Positions 50,277 through 59,459 of a DNA stretch of 64,000 bases are shown piece after piece. How positions within the stretch are numbered: the stretch's first letter is position 1; each line of letters begins with the position of its first letter. The notes under the pieces were generated by a model. That model searched no databases and was not told the origin of the DNA. It worked only from the letters and a program-made list of their open reading frames with translations. Origin of the DNA: Gemmatimonadota bacterium (GTDB lineage Bacteria > Gemmatimonadota > Gemmatimonadetes > Gemmatimonadales > GWC2-71-9); assembly GCA_039592335.1 (NCBI GenBank), contig JBDHBX010000013.1, positions 3,616 to 67,615 on the forward strand. Direction: 5' to 3'. The translations under genes and the position numbers were made by a program.

Positions 50277-50591
50277 TTAGATCGGTGATGGGCGACGCAC
50301 GGGGCGCCGCGGTTCCTTGTCGAGTTGGTTGCGCACCTTCGCCACCGCGCTATCCAGTGCCGTGCGGAAATCGGCGGCCTCGGCTCTGGCGACCTTCACC
50401 TGGCCGCGCGGCAGGTAGAGATGCAGCTCGACCACCTTCTGGCCGTGATCGGCGTCGAACACGACCTCGGCCCGCCGAGGCCGATGCGCCGCCTTGGCGA
50501 CCTTCGCCACCATGGTCTCGGCGCGCTCCTTCAGCTCTTCGGGAATCTCGCAGTGCCGTGCGGTCACGGTCGTGCGCATGGGGATCGTCAC
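50277..50591 (-). CDS. hpf: Ribosome hibernation-promoting factor (short HPF/RaiA family)
   Basis: 104 aa. It shows the S30AE-type pattern ...VTARHCEIPEELKERAE...VVELHLYLPRGQ...A..ADFRTALDSAVAKVRNQL. Confidence 0.8.
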   Translation of the reverse strand: MTIPMRTTVTARHCEIPEELKERAETMVAKVAKAAHRPRRAEVVFDADHGQKVVELHLYLPRGQVKVARAEAADFRTALDSAVAKVRNQLDKEPRRPVRRPSPI

Positions 50592-51718
50592 TCCTTACGC
50601 CCACCACGGGCGTGGTGCACGGTTTCGAGAAGATGTGCCTCCGTCAGCTCCGCAGCGCGGTCCCATGAGAGCCCGGTGGCAAAGCGCCGCGCCGCCCGCC
50701 CCAACGTGTCGACCTGTTCGACGTTCTCGCTCAGGCGCAGCAACGCGGCTGCCAGTGCCTCAGGATCGTCATGTGGTACCAATATTCCAGTTTCGCCGTC
50801 ACGCACGGACTCGCGCAAGCCGGGACTGTTGGAGGCGACGGCTGGGGTCCCACAGGCGGCAGCCTCCACGTTGGAGATGCCCCAGCCCTCCTTCACCGAC
50901 GGGAAGACCACCCCCCAGACCTGCCGCAGAAGCTCCCGCTTCCGCTCTTCGCTGACGAAGCCCAGGAACGTCACCCCGTCCGCGAGACCGAGGCGGGCAC
51001 GGACGCCCTCCAGCCGCTCGCGATCGTCCCCTCCTCCGGCGATCTCCAACCGCAGATCCGGCCGGCGCTCCCGCGCCAGGGCCGCCGCTCGGACGGCGGT
51101 CTCTACTCCTTTATAACGCTTCAGCCGGCCGACGTACAGAAAGGTGGGGGCGACCGTGCGCCCGACGGCGGGGTCGGGGGTGTACCACTCCGCGTCCACG
51201 CCAGGGTAGATCACCCGAACGGCCGCACGGTCCACGCCGCGGGCGACCAAGTCGTCCCGCGTGCTGTCGCTGATGGCGTGGAATGCCGCGCGTCGGTACA
51301 CCCGCGGGATGAGCTTCTCCGCGAGCCACACGACCGTGGCTACCGGCAGCGATGCCTCACGAAATGCCGTGGTGCCGAACAGGTGGGGCACGATGGCGTA
51401 GAACGGGAGCCGCGTCAGGGTCGGCAGGTACAGGGGGAGTTTGTTGATATCCTCCACAACGACATCGTACTCCGCCTGCCGCAGCATCCCGCGCACGGCA
51501 CCACGCCCCTTGAGCGCGAAGGTGTGCCGCCCCCCGAAGCGGTGGATGTGGAGGCCGTCGATGACGGTCGCGGGTGCCGCGCCCTCCCAACCGGAGGCGA
51601 CGAGCGTCACCTCGTGCCCCCGTTCGACGAGGCGGCGGAAGATCTCGAAGAAGTGGATTTCCGCCCCACCGGCCTGTGGGTTCTCCAGATCGAGCCAATT
51701 GGCCGCGAGGATCTTCAC
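50588..51718 (-). CDS. Glycosyltransferase family 4
   Basis: 376 aa. The GTG start overlaps the nusB stop (GTGA). ...FPSVKEGWGISNVEAAACGTPAVASN... is the GT-B E-x7-E region. Confidence 0.85.
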   Translation of the reverse strand: MKILAANWLDLENPQAGGAEIHFFEIFRRLVERGHEVTLVASGWEGAAPATVIDGLHIHRFGGRHTFALKGRGAVRGMLRQAEYDVVVEDINKLPLYLPTLTRLPFYAIVPHLFGTTAFREASLPVATVVWLAEKLIPRVYRRAAFHAISDSTRDDLVARGVDRAAVRVIYPGVDAEWYTPDPAVGRTVAPTFLYVGRLKRYKGVETAVRAAALARERRPDLRLEIAGGGDDRERLEGVRARLGLADGVTFLGFVSEERKRELLRQVWGVVFPSVKEGWGISNVEAAACGTPAVASNSPGLRESVRDGETGILVPHDDPEALAAALLRLSENVEQVDTLGRAARRFATGLSWDRAAELTEAHLLETVHHARGGRKE

Positions 51719-52131
51719 AGCCTCCCCGCTTCCCGCGCCACGGCGTCGAGCACGCCGTTAATGAACGCCGGGGCCTTAGCGCCGGCAAACCAGTGGGCGA
51801 GGCGCACGGCCTCGGAGATCACGACCCGCGGGGGGACGTCTTCGTGCGACAGCTCGTGGAGCGCGAGACGCAGGATATTCTGTTCGATAGTGCCGATCCG
51901 GTCGATGCGCCAGTTCTCCACGGTGGGTGCGATCTGGGCGTCGAGTCGCTCGACGTCTTGCGCGATCGCGGTGGCGAGGGGCTCGGCGTCCTCGAATCCG
52001 GCGCGCCAAGCGGGCGCTCCCCGCAGGAGACCCTCGACGACGTCCCGGACCGGCGGGCGGCCGTGGAGCTCCCAGACGTAGAGCAGCTGGAGCGTCCGGG
52101 CGCGCCGCCTGGTCTCAGCCCTCAGCACCAT
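51715..52131 (-). CDS. nusB: Transcription antitermination factor NusB
   Basis: Track ORF trimmed to ATG 52131. ...RRRARTLQLLYVWEL... and ...AVRLAHWFAGAKAPAFINGVLD... are present. Confidence 0.85.
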   Translation of the reverse strand: MVLRAETRRRARTLQLLYVWELHGRPPVRDVVEGLLRGAPAWRAGFEDAEPLATAIAQDVERLDAQIAPTVENWRIDRIGTIEQNILRLALHELSHEDVPPRVVISEAVRLAHWFAGAKAPAFINGVLDAVAREAGRL

Positions 52132-52594
52132 CCTCGAGCGCTTGAAGCGCGTGGCTCGTCTCGATCGCCGCCTGGGCCGCTTCCTCTCCCTTGTTCCCCG
52201 CCTCACCGCCAGCACGCGCCAGGGCCTGGGCCAGCGTGTCGCAAGTCAGGAGCCCGAAGCCGACGGGGAGACCGAAGCGGCCCGCCGCGTCGGTGAGACC
52301 ACGAGTCGCCGCCTGGGACACGTACTCGAAGTGGGGGGTCTCGCCGCGGATCACCGCACCGAGGGCCACCGCCAGCTCGTAGCGGCCCGTCCCCAGCCCG
52401 CTGCGTACCACGACCGGTAGCTCGAACGCGCCGGGGACCCAGACCACGTCCACCGCCTCCTCGGCAAACCCCGCCCGGGACAGGGCCGCCCTCGCACCGT
52501 CGAGCAGTTTGCGGGTCACTCCCTCGTTGAAGCGGCTGACCACGACGAGCGCCCGCCCCGTGGTGCGCGCGCCCCCATCGGTCGAGGAAGTCAT
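52115..52594 (-). CDS. ribH: 6,7-dimethyl-8-ribityllumazine synthase
   Basis: Track ORF trimmed to ATG 52594. ...VVVSRFNEGVTRKLLDGA...VWVPGAFELP...GAVIRGETPHFEYV... is present. Confidence 0.92.
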   Translation of the reverse strand: MTSSTDGGARTTGRALVVVSRFNEGVTRKLLDGARAALSRAGFAEEAVDVVWVPGAFELPVVVRSGLGTGRYELAVALGAVIRGETPHFEYVSQAATRGLTDAAGRFGLPVGFGLLTCDTLAQALARAGGEAGNKGEEAAQAAIETSHALQALEDGAEG

Positions 52595-52595
52595 C

Positions 52596-53801
52596 CTAGT
52601 GGGCGAAGAGGTGGCCGAGCTTGTCGCGCTTGACGCGGAGGTACGCCTGGCTCTCCTCGGTGGGGTCGGCAACGAGCGGCACGCGCTCCACGATCTCGAG
52701 GCCGTACCCGTCGAGGCCGACCATCTTGCGGGGGTTGTTTGTGAGCACCCGGATGGAACTCAGCCCTAGATCCATGAGGATCTGCGCGCCGATGCCGTAG
52801 TTGCGAAGATCGGGTGCGAACCCAAGCGCCTCGTTCGCCTCCACCGTGTCGCGGCCCGAGTCCTGGAGCTCGTAGGCCTTGAGCTTGTTGAGCAGACCGA
52901 TCCCGCGTCCCTCCTGATCGAGGTAGACCACGACGCCCTGTCCCTCCTCGGCGATCATGCGCATGGCCGCCTCGAGCTGGGGCCCGCAATCGCAGCGGTG
53001 CGATCCGAAGACATCGCCGGTGAGACACTTGGAGTGCATCCGCACGAGCACGTTCTGCCGCCGCTCGACCTCGCCGAACACCAGCGCCACGTGCTCGTGG
53101 GCGTCCACGTCGTTCTGGTAGCCGATGATGCGGAACGCGCCATGCGGCGTGGGGAGCCGTGCATCCGCGATACGGTGCACGAGGCGCTCGTTCTGCAGAC
53201 GATACGCCACCAGCTGCGCCACGGTCACGAAGGTGAGATCGTGGTTCGTCGCGAACTGTTCGAGTTGGGGCCGGCGCATCATGGTGCCGTCATCGGCAAG
53301 CACCTCACAGATCACGCCGCCCGGGTACAGTCCGGCGAGCCGCGCCAGGTCCACGCTCGCCTCCGTGTGGCCCACGCGTTGCAGCACGCCTCCCGGGCGA
53401 CCTCGCAGCGGGAAGACGTGGCCGGGCCGCCGCAGGTCCGACGGTACGGTGGCCGGGTCGATCGCCACCTGCACCGTCTTGGCGCGATCCGCCACCGAGA
53501 TCCCCGTCGTGACGCCAAAGCGCTTCGCCGCATCCACGCTCACCGTGAACGCGGTCTCGTATGCGTCGGAGCTCTCCTCCGCCATCTGGGGCAGTCCCAG
53601 CGCCTGACACCGCTCCGAGGTCAGGGTGAGACAAATGAGGCCGCGACCGTGGGTGGCCATGAAGTTGATCATGTCCGGCGTGACCTGCTCGGCCGCGCCA
53701 ACCAGATCGCCCTCGCTCTCCCGGTCCTCGTCATCCGCCACCAGGACGAGCTTGCCCCGCCTGATGTCCTCGATGGCCTGCTCGATGGTCCCGAACTTCA
53801 T
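52596..53801 (-). CDS. ribBA: Bifunctional 3,4-dihydroxy-2-butanone-4-phosphate synthase / GTP cyclohydrolase II
   Basis: 401 aa. The DHBP part has ...VADDEDRESEGDLV...HGRGLICL.... The GCH-II part has ...RMHSKCLTGDVFGSHRCDCGPQL.... Confidence 0.95.
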   Translation of the reverse strand: MKFGTIEQAIEDIRRGKLVLVADDEDRESEGDLVGAAEQVTPDMINFMATHGRGLICLTLTSERCQALGLPQMAEESSDAYETAFTVSVDAAKRFGVTTGISVADRAKTVQVAIDPATVPSDLRRPGHVFPLRGRPGGVLQRVGHTEASVDLARLAGLYPGGVICEVLADDGTMMRRPQLEQFATNHDLTFVTVAQLVAYRLQNERLVHRIADARLPTPHGAFRIIGYQNDVDAHEHVALVFGEVERRQNVLVRMHSKCLTGDVFGSHRCDCGPQLEAAMRMIAEEGQGVVVYLDQEGRGIGLLNKLKAYELQDSGRDTVEANEALGFAPDLRNYGIGAQILMDLGLSSIRVLTNNPRKMVGLDGYGLEIVERVPLVADPTEESQAYLRVKRDKLGHLFAH

Positions 53802-53814
53802 AACAACCTTCCTT

Positions 53815-54441
53815 CTATCCTTCAGGGGTGGGCGGCGCGACTGCGGCGCCCTGCCCCCTCTGTTCCAGCACCTGTTTCACGTACTTCCCGATGATGTCCG
53901 CCTCCACGTGCACCCGATCACCTGGCGCGAGCGACCCGAGTGTGGTGTTGTCTCTCGTGAACGGGATCACGGAGAGCTGGACGACGCCGGGGTCCGGGAG
54001 CGCGTTCACCGTCATGCTCACCCCATCCACCGTGATGGAGCCGTACGGCACGGAGATCTCGGCCACGTCGGGCGGCACGGCGATGTCGACCAGCACGGCA
54101 TCCGCCTCGGGGCGCACGCCACGCACTTCGGCCACGCCGTCCACGTGTCCCTGTACCCAGTGGCCCCCGAACCGGTCGCCGGCGGCCATGGCGCGCTCCA
54201 GATTGACGTGCTCGCCTTCGCCGATGTCACCGAATCGAGTGCGCCCGCGCGTCGTGACGACCGCCTCGATCTTGAACCACCCGTCTCCCGTCTCGACGAT
54301 GGTCATGCACGCGCCGTTCACCGAGACGCTCTCACCAACCGCCAGGTCCGCATACGGCGCCTCGATGGTGAGCGCGCAGCGCTCGCCGTCGCGCTCCACT
54401 CGCGCCACGGCGCCCATCGCCGTCACGATTCCGGTAAACAT
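53815..54441 (-). CDS. ribE: Riboflavin synthase (alpha chain)
   Basis: This is the frame of track ORF 53815..55098, trimmed to ATG 54441. It starts MFTGIV and has duplicated lumazine-binding repeats (...GESVSVNGACMT... / ...GSITVDGVSMT...). Confidence 0.92.
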   Translation of the reverse strand: MFTGIVTAMGAVARVERDGERCALTIEAPYADLAVGESVSVNGACMTIVETGDGWFKIEAVVTTRGRTRFGDIGEGEHVNLERAMAAGDRFGGHWVQGHVDGVAEVRGVRPEADAVLVDIAVPPDVAEISVPYGSITVDGVSMTVNALPDPGVVQLSVIPFTRDNTTLGSLAPGDRVHVEADIIGKYVKQVLEQRGQGAAVAPPTPEG

Positions 54442-55523
54442 AGCTCCCGATCGACTACCAGTAATGTATCCGGTCCCAGTCCCCGACGCTCCGTCACCAC
54501 CCAGCGGACACTGTCCTCCAGGGGGAGCCCACCGCGGTCGCCGAAGGCGGGCACACCAACCCCGAGCCAGAGCGGCGCCTGGATCCAGTAGATTCGATCC
54601 ACCAGGTGTGCTTCGAGCAGGGCACCGGCGAGGGAGCCCCCCCCTTCGACCAATACGGAGCGCATCCCAGCGGAGCGCAGCTCGGTCACGACCTGCTCCA
54701 CCCCGTCCGCCGCCCGCACCGTCACGCCCGTGCCGTCGAGGTCGGCCTCGGTTCGCTCGAACGTGTGCGATCCAGTGATGACCACGGTAGGCACCTCGTG
54801 CGCCGTGCGCACCAGTTGTGAGTCCCGTCGCACCATGCCGCTCTTCGTCAACAACACCCTGGCGGGAGGCACCCGGGGCTCGACCGACCCGCGCACGGTG
54901 AGCATCGGATCGTCCACCTCCACGGTGCGCCGCCCCACCGCGATGCCGTCGAACCCCGCCCGCAGCCAGTGCACGTACTCGCGCGCCTCGGCGCCCGAGA
55001 TCCACTTGGAGCGACCGCTCTCGTCGGCCAGCAGTCCGTCGAGCGAGCTTGCCACCTTGAGCGCGATGAACGGCCGATCGGGACGCTCCTGCGCCCACAA
55101 GAACGGCGCATTCAGCGCGGCGGCCTCCTCGCGCATCAGCCCTTCGTCCACCTCGACGCCGGCCTCTCGCAGGCGCTCCGCACCGCCGCCGGCTTCAGGT
55201 GTGGGGTCCCGCAACGGCAGCACCACACGGGCCACGCCCGCCTCGAGGATCGCGTCGGTGCACGGCGGCGTCTTGCCCGAGTGATTGCACGGTTCGAGGC
55301 TCACCACCATGGTAGCGCCCTTGGGATCGGGACAATCGCCGAGCGCCACGATCTCGGCGTGCGATTCCCCGTACTCCGCGTGGTACCCCTCCCCAATCAC
55401 CTCCCCGTCGCGCAGCAGCACCGCACCCACGAGCGGGTTGGGGGCGACTCGACCCCACCCCCACCGGGCGAGGGCGAGCGCGCGCTCCATGGCACGCCGC
55501 TCCACGGACTCCCGCTCAGACAA
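54423..55523 (-). CDS. ribD: Bifunctional riboflavin biosynthesis deaminase/reductase RibD
   Basis: 366 aa. It has the deaminase zinc motifs HAEIVAL and PCNHSGKTPPC, plus a C-terminal reductase domain. The start is TTG 55523 (8-nt overlap with purM) or ATG 55490. Confidence 0.92.
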   Translation of the reverse strand: MSERESVERRAMERALALARWGWGRVAPNPLVGAVLLRDGEVIGEGYHAEYGESHAEIVALGDCPDPKGATMVVSLEPCNHSGKTPPCTDAILEAGVARVVLPLRDPTPEAGGGAERLREAGVEVDEGLMREEAAALNAPFLWAQERPDRPFIALKVASSLDGLLADESGRSKWISGAEAREYVHWLRAGFDGIAVGRRTVEVDDPMLTVRGSVEPRVPPARVLLTKSGMVRRDSQLVRTAHEVPTVVITGSHTFERTEADLDGTGVTVRAADGVEQVVTELRSAGMRSVLVEGGGSLAGALLEAHLVDRIYWIQAPLWLGVGVPAFGDRGGLPLEDSVRWVVTERRGLGPDTLLVVDRELCLPES

Positions 55524-56538
55524 CGCGCACTCCCGCGCCCTCGACCACTCGGCCCACGATCCAGCTATCGATGCCGATGCCCTGCGCCGCCTGCCGCACG
55601 GCAGGCTCGTCGTCGGATGCCACGACCGCGATCATCCCCAGGCCCATGTTGAACACCTCCACCATCTCGTCGGCACTCACCTTCCCCGCCTGTTCGAGCA
55701 GACGGAAGATGCCGGGCACCTCCCAGCTAGCGCGATCGATCTCGGCCGCGCAGCCCTCCGGCAGCGCGCGACCCACGTTGCCCGGGATGCCACCGCCGGT
55801 GATGTGGGCCAGGGCGTGCACGTGCGATAGCACCGGCCCGACGGCCTTCCGATAGCTGCGGTGCACCTTGAGCAACTCGTCCCCGACGGTCACACCGAGA
55901 TCGGGGAGCTGGCTGTCGATGTCCAGACCGAGCTCATCGAACACGACTCGGCGCGCCAGCGTGTACCCGTTGGTGTGGAGTCCGCTCGAGGCGTACCCCA
56001 CCAGCACGTCGCCCGGCCGCACCGTATCGCCGTGGAGCGCACGACCCTCATCCACCACCCCCACGATGGTACCGGCGAGGTCGTAATGGCCCGCCTGGTA
56101 GAGGTCGGGGAGCTGCGCCGTCTCGCCGCCGACCAGGGTCATCTCGTGCTCCCGGCAGCCTCGCGCGACGCCTTCCACCAGCGCCGCGATGGTGTCGGTC
56201 GAGACGCTTGCGACGGCGAGGTAGTCGAGAAACGCGAGGGGCGTGGCGCCGTGCACCAGGATGTCATTTACCGAGTGATTGACCAAGTCCTCGCCAACGG
56301 TGTCGTGCCGGCCCGCACGGATCGCCACCAGCACCTTGGTGCCCACGCCGTCGGTGCTCATGACCAACACCGGGCGCTCGAAGCCGTCAGGCACGCGGAT
56401 CATCCCGCCGAACGCCCCCAGGGCTCCTCGCGCCAGCTCGGTACGCGTCGAGGCCACCGACTCGGCAATGCGCCGCTTCGCCTGGCCCGCGGCATCGAGG
56501 TCCACGCCAGCGGCACGGTACCGCTCTGCCTGCGTCAC
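55516..56538 (-). CDS. purM: Phosphoribosylformylglycinamidine cyclo-ligase (AIR synthetase)
   Basis: 340 aa. ...YRAAGVDLDAAG..., ...VMSTDGVGTKV... and ...DLVNHSVNDIL... are present. Confidence 0.95.
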   Translation of the reverse strand: MTQAERYRAAGVDLDAAGQAKRRIAESVASTRTELARGALGAFGGMIRVPDGFERPVLVMSTDGVGTKVLVAIRAGRHDTVGEDLVNHSVNDILVHGATPLAFLDYLAVASVSTDTIAALVEGVARGCREHEMTLVGGETAQLPDLYQAGHYDLAGTIVGVVDEGRALHGDTVRPGDVLVGYASSGLHTNGYTLARRVVFDELGLDIDSQLPDLGVTVGDELLKVHRSYRKAVGPVLSHVHALAHITGGGIPGNVGRALPEGCAAEIDRASWEVPGIFRLLEQAGKVSADEMVEVFNMGLGMIAVVASDDEPAVRQAAQGIGIDSWIVGRVVEGAGVRVV

Positions 56539-57494
56539 GCTCCCTCCTTGGCGGCTGACGGCATGGCGGAAAGCGGATCAGCCTCCGGCTCGATGTCGAA
56601 CCGCACCAACTCGGCGAACGCCCGTACCCTCGCGGTCACTTCCGCTGGCCCGATCTCATCGAACCGATCGATCGAGAATCGCTCCACGGCAAAGGAGCCC
56701 ATGGCGGCGCCGTACACCATGGCCCGGCGCAGGTTGTCCGGCGACACGTCATCGGTGCGCGCCAGGTGTGCCATGAATCCGCCCGCGAAGGCATCACCGG
56801 CCCCGGTCGGATCGAACACCTCCTCCAGCGGGAACGCCGGGATGTAGAATAGCCGCTCCGACTCGTACAGCACCGCGCCGTACGCGCCCTGCTTCACGAC
56901 CACCGTGGACGGACCCGCATCCACAATCCACCGTGCCGCCCGGTACACGTTCCAGTCGCCCGAGAGCTCGCGCGCCTCGGCGTCGTTCACGAGCAGCACG
57001 TCGATCCGCTTCATCAACTCCATCAAGGCGTCCCGCTTGCTGTGGATCCAGTAGTTCATGGTGTCGCACGCAACGAGCGCGGGCTCATGAATCTGATCCA
57101 GCACACGGAGCTGGAGCTCCGGATCGATGTTGCCCAAGAACACGTAGCGCGCATCGCGGAACGCCTCGGGGATCTGCGGATCGAAGGCAGCAAACACACC
57201 GAGGCGAGTATCGAGCGTCTCCCGGTTCTGCAGGTCGTACGAGTACTCCCCCTTCCAGCGGAAGCTCTCCCCCACGGCATGCTCCACACCGCGGAGGTCC
57301 GCGCCCCGCTCCGCCAGCTGCTCTAGGGCGTGCTCCGGATAGTCGTCACCCACCACGCCCACGATCTGCACGGGATACAGGATGCCAGCCGCGCTGCTGA
57401 AGAAGACCGCCGACCCCCCCAGGGCGTCGTCCCGCTCGCCGAACGGCGTCTTCACCGAGTCGAGCGCGATGCTCCCCACCACCAACAGGCTCAT
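56535..57494 (-). CDS. PfkB-family sugar/nucleoside kinase
   Basis: 319 aa. It has N-terminal ...VVGSIALD...GGSA... and the C-terminal ATP/anion-hole motif DPTGAGDAFAGGF. Confidence 0.85.
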   Translation of the reverse strand: MSLLVVGSIALDSVKTPFGERDDALGGSAVFFSSAAGILYPVQIVGVVGDDYPEHALEQLAERGADLRGVEHAVGESFRWKGEYSYDLQNRETLDTRLGVFAAFDPQIPEAFRDARYVFLGNIDPELQLRVLDQIHEPALVACDTMNYWIHSKRDALMELMKRIDVLLVNDAEARELSGDWNVYRAARWIVDAGPSTVVVKQGAYGAVLYESERLFYIPAFPLEEVFDPTGAGDAFAGGFMAHLARTDDVSPDNLRRAMVYGAAMGSFAVERFSIDRFDEIGPAEVTARVRAFAELVRFDIEPEADPLSAMPSAAKEGA

Positions 57495-57498
57495 CGAT

Positions 57499-59148
57499 CT
57501 ACATCCGTTCCGGGGCCGTGACCCCCAAGAGGTTCAAGCCGTTGGCCAGCACGACCTGTGCCGCCCTGGCCAGCACCAGCCGCGCTCGCTCGAGGTCCTC
57601 GCCCACACCCACCACCCGATGGTGGTGATACCACGCGTTGACCAGCCGCGCGATCTCCTCCAGATAGGCGATGATGCGGTGCGGCTCCAGGGCCTCGGCC
57701 GCCTTCTCGACCTGCAGCGGCAACTCGCCGAGTCGCTTGATGAGCTCCTGCTCGACCGGCTCGCCCAGCAGTGACAGATCGACGCCGTCGGCGGCCACCT
57801 GTGCCGGCGCGACGTTCGCCGTGCGGAAGATTCCCGCCATGCGCGTGTGCGCGTACTGCACGTAGTAGACTGGATTCTCCTCCGACTGCTTCGTCGCGAG
57901 GTCGATGTCGAACACGAACTGCGCGTCGCCCTTACGCATCAGGAAGAAGTAGCGAGCGGCATCCACGCCGGTCTCTTCGTACAGATCCCGCAGCGTGACG
58001 AACTCGCCCGTCCGTTTCGAGAAGCGGACCTCCTGCCCATGCCGCATCACCCGCACCAGCTGCACGATCATCGCGTGGAAGAAGCCGTCGGCCGCACCGA
58101 GCGCCTTGAGGGCCGCGCGCATGCGCGGCACGTAGCCATGGTGGTCGGCACCCCACACGTCGATCGCGCGGTCGAACCCGCGGCCCGCCTTGTTGCGGTG
58201 GTACGCCAGGTCCGGGAGGAAGTAGGTGAAGCTGCCGTCCTGCTTGCGCAGCACCCGATCCTTCTCGTCGCCGAACGCCGAGGTCTTGAGCCACACAGCG
58301 CCATCCCGCTCGTAGGCGAGCCGCTTGGCGCTCAGCTCGGCCAGCGTCTGCTGGAGCTCGTCGCCGCGATAGAGCTCGCTCTCCGAGAAGACGACCTCGA
58401 ACCGCACGCCGAAGTCAGCGAGATCGCGATCCTGCTCCTCGCGCTGCGTCCGCACGGCGATCTCGCGGGCCCGCACCACCCCCTCGGCGGGCGGGAGATC
58501 CGCGAACTCAATGCCCTCATGCTCCAGGATCTGCCGCGCCAACTCCTCGAGGTACTGACCGTGGTAGCCGCCTTCAGGCAGCTCCGCTTCCCGCCCCACC
58601 GCCTGCTGCACCCGTGCCCAGAGCGACGCGGCCAACCGCTCGATCTGGACGCCGGCATCGTTGACGTAGAACTCCCGCACGACATCGTGCCCCGTCGCCT
58701 CGAGCAAGGACGCCACGGCGTCCCCGAGCGCCGCTCCGCGGCCGTGTCCCACGTGCAGGGGCCCCGTGGGGTTGGCCGACACGAACTCCACATTCACGCG
58801 CCGGCCGCTGCCCGCGGTCGACCGGCCGAAGGCATCCGCCTCGCGCAGCACGCGCACAAGCACGTCGGCCAGGGCCGCCTCGGCGAGCCAGAAGTTGATG
58901 AAGCCGGGCCCGGCGATTTCCGTGCGGGACACGAGCCCGGGGGGCGCCTCGAGCTCGGCAAGGATGGTCTCCGCCAGCTCCCGCGGCCGCCGCTCGAGGG
59001 GCTTGGCGAGCTGGAGCGCCACGTTGGTGGCGAGATCGCCGTGGGTTGGATCGCGCGGACGTTCCAGCAACACCTCGGTGCCGGACGCGCCCAACGCGTC
59101 CACCACCTGCTGCAGCGCCTCACGGAGCCGGTCGGCCCCCTGGGTCAG
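57499..59148 (-). CDS. argS: Arginine--tRNA ligase
   Basis: Class I HIGH motif (PTGPLHVGHGRGA) and a DALR anticodon-binding C-terminus ending ...GVTAPERM. The track ORF runs to GTG 59427, but that region is occupied by the zinc-ribbon gene in another frame. The likely start is CTG 59148 or GTG 59106, so the start is uncertain. Confidence 0.85.
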   Translation of the reverse strand: MTQGADRLREALQQVVDALGASGTEVLLERPRDPTHGDLATNVALQLAKPLERRPRELAETILAELEAPPGLVSRTEIAGPGFINFWLAEAALADVLVRVLREADAFGRSTAGSGRRVNVEFVSANPTGPLHVGHGRGAALGDAVASLLEATGHDVVREFYVNDAGVQIERLAASLWARVQQAVGREAELPEGGYHGQYLEELARQILEHEGIEFADLPPAEGVVRAREIAVRTQREEQDRDLADFGVRFEVVFSESELYRGDELQQTLAELSAKRLAYERDGAVWLKTSAFGDEKDRVLRKQDGSFTYFLPDLAYHRNKAGRGFDRAIDVWGADHHGYVPRMRAALKALGAADGFFHAMIVQLVRVMRHGQEVRFSKRTGEFVTLRDLYEETGVDAARYFFLMRKGDAQFVFDIDLATKQSEENPVYYVQYAHTRMAGIFRTANVAPAQVAADGVDLSLLGEPVEQELIKRLGELPLQVEKAAEALEPHRIIAYLEEIARLVNAWYHHHRVVGVGEDLERARLVLARAAQVVLANGLNLLGVTAPERM

Positions 59149-59456
59149 GATTCCGCTCCCGTTTTCTTGGGTTTCTTGGTCGTGGAGGAACTCTCGGAGC
59201 CGCCGGACTTCTTTCCACCTTCGGACGCCGCGGATTTCTTTTCGCCTTCGGACGCCGCCGGCTTCTTGTCGCCGGCCCGCTTGTAGTCGGTGATGTAGAA
59301 GCCCGAGCCCTTGAAGTGGATGCCGGCACCACCCGTAATGCGACGCTCGCCGCGGGTGCCGCACTCGGGGCACTTGGCGCGCGTCTGGTCCGAGATCTTC
59401 TGAAATGCCTCGTATTCGTGCCCGCACTGCGGGCAGCGGTAGTCGTACGTCGGCAT
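59145..59456 (-). CDS. FmdB/CxxC_CxxC_SSSS-family zinc-ribbon protein with Lys/Ser-rich tail
   Basis: 103 aa. It begins MPTYDYRCPQCGHEYEAFQKISD...KCPECG.... The tail contains AASEG(E/G)KKS repeats. Confidence 0.8.
   Translation of the reverse strand: MPTYDYRCPQCGHEYEAFQKISDQTRAKCPECGTRGERRITGGAGIHFKGSGFYITDYKRAGDKKPAASEGEKKSAASEGGKKSGGSESSSTTKKPKKTGAES
59209..59262. repeat. Two tandem 27-nt units (22/27 identical) inside the zinc-ribbon gene tail
   Basis: CCTTCGGACGCCGC recurs at 59218-59231 and 59245-59258 (period 27 nt, equal to 9 codons). These encode the AASEGEKKS/AASEGGKKS repeats. Confidence 0.6.
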
Positions 59457-59459
59457 CCT

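Noticed and set aside
59149-59427. Long N-terminal extension of argS back to GTG 59427. Similar upstream extensions appear in the track ORFs for selB (to 35215), recO (to 35928), btuB (to 37957), ahcY (to 43860), mutase (to 61489) and fbp (to 62283).
   Set aside because: The extensions overlap the preceding gene, are Arg/Pro/Gly-rich, and precede well-conserved N-termini that start at internal ATG/GTG codons. These codons often form ATGA/GTGA junctions with the upstream stop.
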